Under the pieces are notes generated by a model, which was not told where the DNA came from, ran no database searches, and worked only from the letters and a program-made list of their open reading frames with translations. A stretch of 55,165 bases of DNA from Octopus bimaculoides (taxonomy: Eukaryota). The stretch spans positions 121,405,465-121,460,629 of the forward strand of contig NC_068984.1 of NCBI RefSeq assembly GCF_001194135.2, given 5' to 3'. The translations under genes and the position numbers were made by a program. Positions 12,934 to 26,002 of the stretch are shown one piece after another; position 1 is the stretch's first letter, and every line of letters starts with the position of its first letter.

Positions 12934-13569
12934 GATAGATAGATAGATAGCTATATTTCATTAACAAATTATATACGCTATCTCAAGAACAATAATATCC
13001 CTTATAATATTACTTGGTTCATTGTTAAAACTGGAAGACCATACCTGCAGTCACTGTTGTCTATCGAAACTTCAGAACAGAATAGTCATCATCATTTGAA
13101 CTGATAACAGGACGCGATCACCGTTTTCTGACTTCGATTTTTCAAAAATGCTTTCTTTTTACTATAGATCAATATGTTCTTTCCTGATTAGATAATGATT
13201 TACTTTTACTTCTCTCAAATTTTTCAATTTTATCCCTAGTTTGATATCGTACATTTTAATTACATGTGATATTTGAGTCCATAACACTCGTATTTTTAAT
13301 TAAATAATTGTTAAATAATAATATATTTGTAGCTCCCTCATTATATTTTCCTGACATGATCTTCCCTTAGCCCTTACTTTTATTTACTTACTTTTCTTAA
13401 TACAACCTTGTGACTTACACACACGCTTCGATGACTATTAAACATCCTAGCTGTCAAACATTTAGTCAGTCGAATAGGTATGAAACCTAGTCGATTTCCC
13501 TGACTCTTCCTTAATTTTTTCTTTTTGATATTCAACTCTACTACAAATTCTCGTAGCATGATTTAGGAT

Positions 13570-14530
13570 ATACTTTGCTGCGTCGCCTTAGGGTCCTCAT
13601 TTGAAACACCGTTCATCGCATTTCTGTTGTAAATACTCCTATCTCTCCACTCTTTTTTTTTCTCCACTCTTTTTTTTTCTCCATTCTCCCATAGTTCAGC
13701 AGTGTAGTGAAGAAGATTCTGAAAAGAGTGGGAGCGAGAACGCAATCTTGCTTCACACCGTTGCAGATGTCGAAGCATCTAGAAGCTGCCATTGAAATGC
13801 ATTATCCCTTTCATGACGTTGTGGAAAGGCTCTATCGCTCTCAACAGTTTTGGTGACGACTGATCTTTCTAAAGAACCTTGAAGGACCCTCTCTGACTTC
13901 TTGATTAGATCAATGAAAAAACAACACAAAGGCATTTGCTGTTTTAGGCGCTTCTCCTGCAATTGGTGGAAGAAGACATTATCTACAATTGACTTTTCAG
14001 TCCGCAAATCGAACTCTGGGAATACCCGCTACGCCTACCTCTTTAGGCGGATCAAGATGTCGTCCTCCACCAGTCTACATACAATGTCAAAAATGACGAA
14101 TTACGATGTCTGTGTCATAAGTAAACAACCGTATGGCAATGAGACATGGACCCCATATGCCAGACAGGCGAGAAGAGTGAACACCTACTTGAGAAGCATC
14201 CACCGTACCTTACTTCAATTTATCCTAGTAAAATAGAATTACCTGTGCAGCACTTCTGTCCCAATCTGAACTTCCCAGCATGTATACTCTGCTCTGGCAA
14301 CAAACACTGCGCTGACTGGGTCACGTCGATTGCATGGAGGGCAGCCGCATCTCAAGGGATATCCTTAATAAAGGGCTGGCATCCGGGTGGAGATCCACTA
14401 TCTTAAGCTATCCCAAGTTGTGCTACATAGATGTTTGCATGTCAGATATGAAGGTACTCGGTATTAATATAAATCCTGGGAGAGATTTGCGGATGACCGC
14501 GAGAGGTAGACAAGTATCCTGAGCTACGAT
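13570..14530 (-). mobile_element. Decayed RTE-clade LINE RT fragment
   Basis: RTEKSIVDNVFFHQLQEKRLKQQMPLCCFFIDL resembles the RTE motif RSTVDMIF.LRQLQEKCREQQMPLYIAFIDL. Confidence 0.7.
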
Positions 14531-15329
14531 CCAAAAGTTGAAAGAAAAGATGTTGGACGCTGCGGCGAAAAAACGAGTACGCAGAAGGAAGTATGGTAAT
14601 ACCAGTAAGTCAATGAACTCGTATAGATGTTATCCCTGAAACAGAGAATGTCATTCCAGTATTGATCACCGCTGCTTCTAAATGATAAGCACTAAATCAA
14701 GAAGATAGTTCATGTATGTATGTATGTATGTATGTATGCATGTGTTATGTCAGGTAATCACTCAGTGCTACTGGTAATACGTAATCCAGTACAATCTTAT
14801 ACAGAATCAGGTCGTTGGTCATTAAAAGGGCACAGCCTACCAGGACAACCAGCTATAAATCCAATGGAACAGAATCGAAACTTGTAAAAGAATGCATGTA
14901 AAAGAGCGGTCTTAGAAATATTTGACATGGCGAACGAACACGCTGAAAGTCCAATGATCGATAAATAGAACTTTAGCTATAGTGAAGGCAGCTTGTTTAG
15001 ATAAAAGTAACTCTGAATAAAAATCCTGTTGAGTGAAGGCAAAATAATCTTTAATTCTCAACAATTTGTAATACCATATGAAATATCCAACGCTTTGTTT
15101 TCTGTGATCTTTTACGTATAGCCAAGTAAGGCATTGTAGTACTATCCAAACTATATCTTTCTTTCATAATGGATGTCTTAGATTTTATCCATGTACACAT
15201 ATTGCTTGCTAATATAGATAGCCAATTACTTAACATCATCTGAGAAATGTATACTCACATATATATTGTATAGCTTGTAATGCAACTCTTGGATAATACA
15301 TTTTGGGTAATACACGGCTGGTACGGACA

Positions 15330-16620
15330 TACGAAGTAATTCTCGAGGCAATACTTTCTTCAGTATTGTAAGGGAGTTATTGAGCAGAATTAATTTTGAT
15401 GGACCCATTTGACATAATAGGACATCTCTTTTTCCCGAGACTCAATCGGGTTTTCGTGTAGAACGAGGAACCAATGACATGATATTTTCCTTACGCCAAC
15501 TACAAGAGAAATGCATTGAGCGAAGATTTGATTTTATCTTTGCTTGATTGACCGCATTAAGACCTTTGGCTCAGTTATCCGTGATGCATTGGCAATTCTT
15601 ACAAAAGTTCGTTGATCTGATAAACAAATCCTTTCATGATAATATGAGAGCATGTATTGTAGATGGTGGAGAATGTACAAACCACTATTTTTTCATTCAG
15701 TTGTGTTATAAAATAAGATGATATACAATTACTCCGACCATTTTTGCCACAGATTTCACAATTTTTTTTCTAGTCATTATCAAGACTGCTCTGAGATTAC
15801 TTATATACGCTACCGCATAACTACTGAGTTATCCACCCTCGAACGGCTTCATTCTAAATCACATATTTCTGCATCTGAAAAGAGAATTCTTGTACGTTGG
15901 TTACTGCCCTTCAATCACACACAGTGAAAAAAAATCTTCAAATTCTTATATATAATTCATTATATATAATTCATTCTATATAATTCATTATATATAATTC
16001 GTTATATATAATTCATTATATATAATTCATATATATAATTCAATGTTATTCCTAACATTAAAACTGTTATTCGTTACCAACCTTGCTCAGGAAAGGCTCG
16101 TATGGACCCTTAGATAATTGTGTATGGTACACATTTAAAAGTTCTATCTTCTTTGAACCATTTTGTTACCATGTTAAAGAGAGGTATAAATCTTGATGAA
16201 GAGGTCGCAAATAGAATTCAGAAGTCGTAGATATTTTTTTGGAAACAGTACAGTCTTTCTTATGGTCTCAACGATAATGGAAAATTATTCTAAAATACCG
16301 CTTATCAAAACATACATGTTATCTATTTTGTTACATGTCTATGAAACTTGGATAGTATATTCAAATCATGTTAACCATGAATCATTTACAGCAAAACTGT
16401 TTTCAACAAATTTCCTGTATGTCTTGGAGAGACTGTATGAATTATATTGAAGTCCTGAAGTTAACAAAAGAAAGCATGGAAATACTCTTGCAACGTAACG
16501 GAATAAGATGGACAGGGCATGTGGTTAGTATGAAGGATGAAAGAATTCCCGAGCGTCTGCTCTGGGGATAAATATGTTCTAGAAAAAGATCGCTTTATAA
16601 AACCAAAGTTAATATACTAG
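15330..16620 (+). mobile_element. Decayed RTE-clade LINE
   Basis: FPETQSGFRVERGTNDMIFSLRQLQEKCIE; later IRWTGHVVSMKDERIPERLLWG. Confidence 0.75.
15945..16045 (+). repeat. ~14-bp AT-rich minisatellite (tatataattcatta)
   Basis: About 7 tandem units. Confidence 0.8.
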
Positions 16621-17714
16621 GACTGCCCTAAATGTAATTTGAAATAAATATTCATGCGGAAAGTATCAAACTATTGCGATTGATATGACATCATAGAAAA
16701 AAATTAAATTAATGCACCCAGCGCGTTTTAAATAGTATTACATTAAACATGTAAAATTAAAATAGGTAACAGGAAAAGAAAATTTCTTTGTTATCAATAA
16801 TCTCTTCAAATGTTCATAATGTAACTGTATTTGTCTGAGGCTGTTCTTGTCAACAACTCAAAAAACATTAATGAATTTAAGCTAACAATAACAATCTCCA
16901 TTGAAAGAACAAATGTCCACCAATCAAGTAATAATTGCTGTCTTTTTATTGGTTGTCAGGAAATAGATATATCGGTACATAATGCCATATGTCATGATTC
17001 TCTATTACATTTAGAAGAGCCTTTTACGTAGTAGTTATAGTAAAAGTTTTAGATTATTTGCTGACTTTGAAGCGCTGTCTTCGTTTTGCAGCTCATTAAC
17101 AAGCACTGGTCCCAGTGGCGAAATGAATATCAATCCTAGTTACCAACTGTTTGCATAAAATCCACTGCGTTGTAAATAGAATACATAGTGGAATCAGTGA
17201 ATGACCGCCGGCGCAGGAGGTGCCCCGTCTAAGTTTCGTCGTAAAATACCAGTGGCAGTGTTATGATTATAAAATATTCGCGAGTGCGCGTTAAAATTCT
17301 TTTTTAACCCTTGGCACATCCCAACACCACCACACCACATCTTGCCCCACCACACCACACACCACCATACCACACCACCCCCAAGCACTGACCACTTCCC
17401 AGCACCCACACCATCATCCACGCACTTACACATGCACAGACGCACACGTCAAGGTTACCATCCTCTATCCACACACACATACACGCTCTCACATACACAC
17501 GCACGCGCACCTTCATTTTGAGATCACCACTACCTTTCTATCTCCCCTTCTTCCTAGCTCTCGTGTTTGACCACCTCTGTCCGGCATTCACCATGATTGA
17601 TCGCTAGCCACTCAACTTTTTTTTTATTTTCTCTCTCTCTGCTTATTTCTGTGTTCCTTTCTGTTGAAGAGCGTAGGCTCGAAACATCAAATACTCGAAA
17701 CATAAAAGTGCCAG

Positions 17715-18589
17715 TGGTTAAAAAAGAAGTGACAAAAAACTATATTCGGTATATTCAATAAAGGCAACAACGCAACGAAAAGCGTGACGAATATTAATGC
17801 AGTATATGGGGATCGGACAATAAGCGTAAGCCAATGTCAACGATGGTTCCAGAGATTCCGAGCTGGAAACTACAGCCTAGAAGACGAGCCTCGTCCTGGA
17901 AGATCTGTAGAACTCAACGAGGACGTCCTGTAAACCATGGTGGAACAAAATCCCATCGTAGCTGTTGAGGAACTAACAGAGAAGCTTGGATTTGGTTATT
18001 CCACCATTCATCGACACCTGCGTGCCATAGGAAAAGTCACCAAATTGGGTCATTGGGTTCCTCACAAACTTCCCGAGTTTAATTGCGCGCAGGGAGTGAA
18101 TGTGTGCTCTTCTTTGCTGTCACGTCTCACGAATGAAACTTTTTTGGACCGAAAAGCGACTGGTGGCGAGAAATGGGTTCTCTATAAACATGTCAAGCGC
18201 CGAAGACAGTGGTTAGGGAAAGGAGCAACACCGGCACCCCAGGCTAAAGAAGATCTTCACCCATGTAAGATGTTGTTATCTGTTTGGTGGGATATGAAAG
18301 GTTTAGTCCACTCTGAACTTTCAAACCCAAACCAAACGATAACAAAGGAGATCTACAGCAAGCATCTCGAGCGGCTTAAGTCAGCGCTAGAAAAAAACGA
18401 CCATCTTTGGTTTCAAGACGGAAGGTGTTCTTCCATCAGAATAATGCTCGGCCACGTACAGGGATTCCCCACCTTTCATATTCACCGGACATTGCCACAA
18501 CTGATTATCATTTATTCCGCAGGCTTCAAAATCATTTAGACGGAAAAAATATGAATTCTGAAGTCAGAACGGTACTGGAGGAGTATTTT
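17715..18589 (+). mobile_element. Mariner (DD34D) transposase pseudogene, truncated by an assembly gap
   Basis: QRWFQRFRAGNYSLEDEPRPGR, WVPHKL, TGGEKW, LLSVWWD, HQNNARP, YSPDIATTDYHLFR; contains stops and frameshifts. Confidence 0.9.
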
Positions 18590-19239
18590 NNNNNNNNNNN
18601 NNNNNNNNNNNNNNNNNNNNNNNNNNNNNNNNNNNNNNNNNNNNNNNNNNNNNNNNNNNNNNNNNNNNNNNNNNNNNNNNNNNNNNNNNNNNNNNNNNNN
18701 NNNNNNNNNNNNNNNNNNNNNNNNNNNNNNNNNNNNNNNNNNNNNNNNNNNNNNNNNNNNNNNNNNNNNNNNNNNNNNNNNNNNNNNNNNNNNNNNNNNN
18801 NNNNNNNNNNNNNNNNNNNNNNNNNNNNNNNNNNNNNNNNNNNNNNNNNNNNNNNNNNNNNNNNNNNNNNNNNNNNNNNNNNNNGAAGAAGAAGAAGAAG
18901 AAGAAGAAGAAGAAGAAGAAGAAGAAGAAGAAGAAGAAGAAGAAGAAGAAGAAGAAGAAGGAGGAGGAGGAGGGGGAGGAGGAGGAGGAGCGGTAGTAGT
19001 AAAAGAAGGAGAAGAAGAAAAAGAAAAAGACGGGAGTGGTATGACATATAGTAGACTGTTCATGGAATCTTCTTTAATGGTCCAGTGACCTAAAAGTTAC
19101 CTGTTGTGGTTGTAGCAGTAGTGGTAGGAACTGTTCTAAATAAATTCATGAGTAGCGACTGTTCTTGATATATCGTTTTTAATATTTGCGTGAGTATTAT
19201 TCTAAGATCCTTGTAGCAGTGTCATCTGTGGTGGAAGCA

Positions 19240-19440
19240 TTCAAAAGAGGTTTATATTTTGCGATGAAATATGACCTTTTGCTAATGCACTGATTATAGG
19301 TTGCATTGTCCCTGAATTTACAGAAGGGAAAATTTCTAAAGTTGGGTTGTTCGTTAGTGGCGCGAATGTTGATGTGTTCATTTAATGCTATTTTTCTGGG
19401 GTTTGTTTGTTTTTTTCTTGTTTTACTCTTAGTCGAAAAG
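19240..19440 (-). mobile_element. Penelope-like GIY-YIG C-terminal remnant
   Basis: EHINIRATNEQPNFRNFPFCK...SYFIAKYKPLLN. Confidence 0.5.
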
Positions 19441-19520
19441 GCTGAAACCGGTACTAACCTTTACAAAATATACTTCATGATAAAATCTTTCTAGGCTTTT
19501 CTGCCTTGTCTTATTTTCCT

Positions 19521-19563
<43 letters not shown>

Positions 19564-20128
19564 TTACGTGCGTGTGTCTGTGTTTGTCCCCCCTCCCCCA
19601 CCATCGCTTGGCAACAGTTGTTGGTGTGATTACGTCCCCGTAACTTAGTGGTTCGGCAAAAGTGAACGATAGAATAAGTACTAAGCTTACAAAGAATAAG
19701 TCCGGGGATCAACTTCTTCAGCAAAATCCCTTAAGGCGGTACTCCAGTATGGCTGCGGTCAAATGACTGAAACAAGTAAAAGAATAAAAGAAGAAAGAAC
19801 ATGTATATATACGACGAGCTTCTTCCAGTTTCCGTGTACCAAAGACACTCAGAAGACTTTGATCGGCCCGAGGCTATCATGGAAGACACTTGTTCAAGAT
19901 GTCACGCAGTGGGACTGAAACTGGAACCATGTGGTTGGTTAGCTAGCTACTTACCACTCAGCGACTCCTGCGCATGCACACACACACTCACAATTGCAGC
20001 GAGGAAGGTATTTGTAAGCCATTCAAGAACACACAAAAGCCGTTAGTTTCACTTCAACATTTAATTTTCATTTGTCAAAATATTTTCATCGCTTTGAAAC
20101 CATGACCTACTGACAAAACTTGGCGATA

Positions 20129-21330
20129 CAGACATAACAGAAGTAAATAGACACTCCATAAAACATCGTTTTATGTTAATTTTAACTTGAAATGGTTTAT
20201 ATTTTTTGTTAATTGACATTTCTATGTTTCGGGTTCTGTATGTGACTGTTTAATCATGCCACGTATAAAAGAAGCCTTGGAACTGTCTGACTTTCAAAGA
20301 GGGCATATTGTGGGTCAATCTGCAGGTGGACATGGGCATAAAATCGCATAAAACCATGGGATAACGCTTTCTACACTTTATTGAGTGATTATGCAATTCA
20401 CCAGAGAGGGTAAGGAGGAGCCCACAACACCTCACCCATGTTGGCCAGGGCCCTCTGACAGGATCCTTCAGTTTGTTAAGAGGAGTGTTGCTAGGCCTCT
20501 GACATAGCAGAGTAAGTTTATGTCAATACCAGAACAGCTATCAAGTATCTCCACAAACTTGGCTACTATGGCAGAGCAACAAGAAGGAAGCCACATCTCT
20601 GACCAGCCAATATCAAAAGGAGAAAAGATTGGACCAGTGAGATGATGGAGAAGTCACTAGCATTTTATGACACTGTCATATTCTATGATGAGTCCAGATT
20701 TGCTGTATTTTCTGACAGTGGTCGAGTATGGGTCAGGAGAATCTGTGATCAAGAATTTGACGTAAAAATATTGCAGCCGACAATGAAACACAGTGGCTAT
20801 TCTGTGATGGTCTGGGAAGCAATTTAGAGCAATGGTCAATCAGAGCTGGTGGAGTGCGAGGGAAACATAAATTCAGAAATATATGTGTGCATATTACAGA
20901 AAGGACTCCTTCCAATCTTCGCCAGTAGAGAAATGAGTAAAGAAGATTCTTTATTTATGAAAGATGGGGCTCCTTGTCATACGACTAAAAAGACTCAAGA
21001 TTGGTTGGAAGAGATTGNNNNNNNNNNNNNNNNNNNNNNNNNNNNNNNNNNNNNNNNNNNNNNNNNNNNNNNNNNNNGCCAAGCCAGTCACCAGATATGA
21101 ACCCTATTGAAAACCTCTTAGCCATAATGGACAAGATACTGTGTAAAAATAACAAGAAAGTATCCCCACAGCCAGATCTTTTGAGATTACTGCATAAAAC
21201 TTGGCAAGAAATTCCTCAAGAGAATATTCGTCATCTGATCAGTAGCATGCTTAATAGGGTTCTTGCATTGAAAAATGCAAAGGGCACTGACAGCTCATTT
21301 TAACAGATATATTTACCAAAATTACAAAAA
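20129..21330 (+). mobile_element. Tc1-like (DD34E) transposase pseudogene
   Basis: ATG at 20256; VIFYDESRF, VMVWEAI, FMKDGAPCH, PSQSPDMNPIENL. Possible left TIR TA|cagacataacag at 20129. Confidence 0.88.
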
Positions 21331-21354
21331 AGCATCTTGAAATACTAAAGAGTA

Positions 21355-21645
21355 AATTTATTCAATAAAATTGCCATTGGCTTCAACCACGGCCTCCACA
21401 TGACTTCGGAATATTCTGCAACTCTTCTGGGCGGTCTCTTTGCTTAAGTTGGTAAATGCTATCATAATCCTTGCCTTCAGTACACGTTTGGTGTTACAAG
21501 GAGTTAGTTTTGTTGGTCTTTTGCTCAACTGCGCCCCACACATAATAATCAAGGGGGCTGCAATTTGGTGAGTTAAGTGGCCAGATGTTAGGGGTGATGT
21601 GGTCGCAGGCAGAAATTGTCTGACCGCCATGACTGGGTTCTCCTG
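21355..21645 (-). mobile_element. maT/DD37D-like transposase C-terminal fragment
   Basis: NIWPLNSPNCSPLDYYVWGAVEQKTNKT...FRSHVEAVVEANGNFIE. Confidence 0.75.
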
Positions 21646-21784
21646 CTTGTATGACATTAGAAATAGGTAAAGACAGACAGGCCGACAGACAGACAGGCAG
21701 ACGGACGGACAGACAGACAGACACATAGATAGACTGATAGATGGAGAGAGAGAATGCATGTATGTACTTGTGCATATGAATTTA

Positions 21785-23063
21785 CAAGGGTGGGCTGAAA
21801 AGTTCATAGGCTGACTATAAAGCAGTGATGCGCGAGCTGTGAAATCTTACATACATTCATTTCAACTCTACTTATTAATAACTGCGTTGTTTCTTTCCAG
21901 ATGATCTGACATCTGGCTGTTCAAAGAAGACTTCAAAAGTAACTTGTAGCGACTTTACTTTCAAATGGGCAAAATTTGGCACGTAGTATTATTAAGTACC
22001 AGCAGAAAAATGGTTTAGCCCCCTACGACGTTCATGCTAACATGGTTGCTGAGTTAGGGGATGACGCTCCAGTTTTATCAACAGTGCAAAAGTGGGTAGC
22101 TGAATTTAAGACGAAGAGGGAAGGTCTTGAACATGATCCCTGCTACTGTCACCACTGAGAAAAACATTGATCGTGTTCACCACATGGTGATGAATGACAG
22201 ACGACTGACAGTAAATCACAATGCTATTAGCATAACGTGAGAGAGTTGAGAATATTCTGCACAATGAACTCGTCATGACCAAAGTTTCTGCTCCGTAGGT
22301 GCCACCTCTTCTGACACCTAATCAAAAGCGCACCAGGCTGATCACATTACAGGAAAATCTGACATTGTCTGGTGCAGATCCAGCTGGTTTCCTTAAACGA
22401 TTCCTAACCCATGATGAGTGTTGGCTTGATCCTTTTGAGCCACAGAAAAGAGATGATCGATGAGGTGGAAGCTTCCCTTCTAACCAGCTCCATAGAAGGC
22501 CAAGGTTGTTTCATCTGCAGGGAAGGTGATGGCCTCAGCTTTTGAGGATCAAAAAGCAATGTTTATTTGACTATCTTCAAAAGTTCAAAAGGGCTACACC
22601 ATCAATGGCAAGTACTATGCCAAATTGCTGAGGCAGTTACGAAAGGCTATCAAGACCAAACGCCCAGGAAAACTGACGAAATGGGTCTTGTTTCATCTGG
22701 AGAAGGTTCCCACACACAAGTTCTTGGTTTCAATGGCTGCTGTGCGTGAATATGGCTTTGAACTGGTTGATCATCGTACTTATTCTCCTTATTTGGCCCC
22801 ATCTGACTGTCATCTGTTCCCCAACATTAAAAAAAAAACCCTTTCGCTAGGAACCAGTATCGCAGTGATGATGACATCGTATCTACTGTTGATGACTTTT
22901 CTGAGTAACAGGATGAAAGCTTCTTCATCAATGGGATTCAAGCACTGCAACACCAATGGAAAAGTGTAAACCGCAAGCAGGACTATGTTGAAAAATAAAC
23001 CTCATTTGGTCAAATTCCATGAGAGTATTTTGGTCAGCCTATGAACTTTTCAGCCGATCTTCG
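21785..23063 (+). mobile_element. Full-length (1279 bp) decayed mariner element
   Basis: TIRs (ggctgaaaagttcataggctgac at both ends) and TA flanks at 21783-84 and 23064-65. Transposase remnants STVQKWVAEFK, THDE, YSPYLAPSDCHLFP. Confidence 0.92.
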
Positions 23064-23809
23064 TACGTCTGTGGTGGTGGGAATCTATATGAATATTTAC
23101 TCTCTATGCTTTCTATGAAAGCATTGAACTAAAAAACCAATGGTGTTGGCTTACATTATTTGTCAAAATATCATTCTCTTGCAATGGATTTTCAAAGATG
23201 AGGAGACTAAAACTTCTTTATTTAAAAAGTAGATAATGGTTTGTAACAAACAAGGGCACCTGTCTATATGTCAGTACCTTATTAATAAGTATTTGCTCAA
23301 CGTATTCTACATGGAAATGTGGACGTAAAAGGAAAGGAAGAAAGTGCGCGGGCGCGGGCGCGGACGGGCGTTCGTGTGTATGCGCGCACGCGTGTTATAC
23401 ATACATTTTATATATCTATCTTGTACGTATGTATGTATGTATGTATGGCTTAATGTTTATGGTAATCGGCTCACGATCGTAAGGTTGTGAGTTCAATACC
23501 CAGCGACGCATTGTGTCCTTGAATCAGATATTTTATTTCACGTTGCTCCAGTTCACTCAGCCTGTAAAAATGAGTTGTACCTGTATTTAAAAAGGGGGTC
23601 GACCTTGTTACATTCTGCGTCATGCTGAATTTCTGTGAGAACTATGTTAAGGATACGCGAATCTGTAGAGTACTCAGCCACTTGCACGTTAATTTCACAA
23701 GCAAGCTGTTCCGTTGCTCGGGTCAACTGAAACACTCGTCGTTACTCCGACGGAGTACCACGCTTGTCTGTCTGTCTGTCTGTATGTATGTATGTATGTA
23801 TGTATACAT

Positions 23810-24480
23810 ATATGGTGTCTCAAAAATAGTATATACACATGTTAACAGCCAATAACTCCGTTTCCATTTTTATTTAGATTTAAGACCTTTGAAATAATAA
23901 CGAGAGTCAGACTAAGCATTTAAGAACTGAAAATTGTCCTAATGTGCAACTGGAAGTTTGAAAACGCAGTCGAAGTGTAAAAACAGTTTAGGAGTGAGTC
24001 TCGAACGGATCCAACGGCGCGATTTACTATCACTAGAATTAGAGATAGGTTTGAAGCAGATAGAACACTCCAGAATGTTTACAAGAAACATCCCGAAAGC
24101 TTGCGAACATCGACGAGCCCCATTAATCAATAAAGGATACTAGAAACGTAATGCCAGAGTTTTAAAAAATCTGTACGACAAACAAGCTGTGAGATAGGAA
24201 TTTCAAAATCAAGAGTCCATCGCATTTTGAAGTGCTATCACTAGAAAAGTTACAATCCAAGAATAGTCTATGGACTCAATGATGATAATCCGGTCTGCAA
24301 AGTGAAGTTTTGTGAGTGTTACAAAGATGCCTTGAAGATGCACACTTTCCAATAAAGATAGTTTGGAGTGATGAGGTTGCATTAAAGTTAAATGGCTCAA
24401 TTAACTGTCGCTTTTTCACCTAGTGGGGACCTGGGAATCTGCATATTTCGAAGGAACATCATATTAATTTACCAGGAAGG
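23810..24480 (+). mobile_element. Decayed Tc1/mariner-superfamily fragment (maT/rosa-like)
   Basis: TIR-like TA|tatggtgtctcaaaa; PRIVYGLNDDNP...KFCE and [14 protein letters not shown] remnants. Confidence 0.5.
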
Positions 24481-25108
24481 TATCTTCTACCAAGGCCTCA
24501 GGGGCGACCAAAGCCTTTATCTCTGTGTGTAGGTTGAGTGTGTGTGTTGTTCCCCACCACCGCTTGATAACTGGTGTTGGTTTGTTTACGTCCCTGTAAC
24601 TTAGCGGTTTGGCATAAGGGAGTGGTAAAATATGTACCAGGCTTTAAATATATAAGTGCTAGGGTTGATTTGTTCAGCTAAAACCCTTTAAGACAGTGCC
24701 CTAGTATGGTTGCAATCCAATGACAGAAACATTAAAAGAATTAAAGATAATTATACTCTGAATTTCATTCATAAACTGGGCATTTATAGAATGAATCGGA
24801 AATGATTTCCTTTTTGATTTAGTAAGTTTTAGTTCGAGAAGACACGGTCTATTCTGGTGGCCCGTCCACGGTGTGTATTTGCATGTATGTAGAGGCAGTG
24901 TCAATAAAGAGTGGGACAAAAATAGAGCCTAATCCAAATTCAAACCTCAATTATTTTTTTCTTTTGTCTCTTTTCTTCTAAACTGCTTTGCCTTTATACT
25001 TTTATTTCGATCATATATAAATGTTTAGCAGTAAATTTCACTATTCTATTTATTTAGATCTTATAAATGCCTAAAGGTCTTTAAACTATATCTTCTTGTT
25101 TCCATCTT

Positions 25109-25173
25109 GTTTTTAAAGAAAGGTTAAGGTTTGTTTTTAAAGAAAGGTTAAGGTTTGTTTTTAAAGAAAGGTT
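25109..25173 (+). repeat. 24-bp tandem repeat (gtttttaaagaaaggttaaggttt), about 2.7 copies
   Basis: Directly visible. Confidence 0.8.
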
Positions 25174-25987
25174 GTCTGTTATCTTAAATTTTTCTAAGAA
25201 ATGTTGTATCTTCTCAATGTCATTTTGTTGTCGATTAATCCCCTAAGTTATGTATTTTAACAATGATCAGGTTCTATCTTTTCTTTTTTTTTTCTCAATT
25301 ATGTGGCACTGTATTATTGAACGTATCCTGACCTTTTTTAATCAGTGGGATGTAATTTGATGATTTTTTGACAGGCAGATCAAAATATGGTGACTCTGTA
25401 GTATTAATAGATAACCATGGAGTAAAAGTGTAAAAAATGAAAGGGACGATTTTTAAAAAAAATATTGGAGTGCAAGAAAGTTAAATCAATAGATGTCAAA
25501 CGAAAATCAAAACTGTTACATAAGTTACAAATGGACTAGAACTGTATCCAGATACGTCGCTTTACATTCTGATTTCAAATCCCCTTGGAGTAGATAATAA
25601 AAAGTAGCAGTCAATTACTGCCAGCTTTAATTAACTCTATTTTTCAAAAGAGTACAGTCCATATGCCTTTGTTAAAAATCATTTCTATTTGTGGGCGGTG
25701 GTTTCCGAATCGTACACTTAGTTACGTCCCTTTACAATCTGAGTTCAAATCCCACCGGGGTCGTCCTTCGCTTTCATCGTTCTGAGGTCAATAAATAAAT
25801 ATTAGTCAAGTGTTAGAATCGATTTAATTGACAAAAAGTCTCCCGTAAAATATTTCACTGAATGACTGCTCCAGAAATCCCCATTAATATTACTATTATT
25901 TAAATGGAACTAAATCAAATAGGGTTGCCTTTTTTGCTTATCACCGTAGAGGTAAGAGAAAGAGAGTGGTGGGGAGTACTTTAGAAT

Positions 25988-26002
25988 ATGGGAAATTCCC
26001 AT
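25988..26002. promoter_or_regulatory. Palindromic NF-kB-type site (GGGAAATTCCC)
   Basis: ATGGGAA-A-TTCCCAT matches the kB consensus GGGRNWYYCC. A second kB-like site AGAAATCCCC lies at 25873-25882. Confidence 0.4.
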
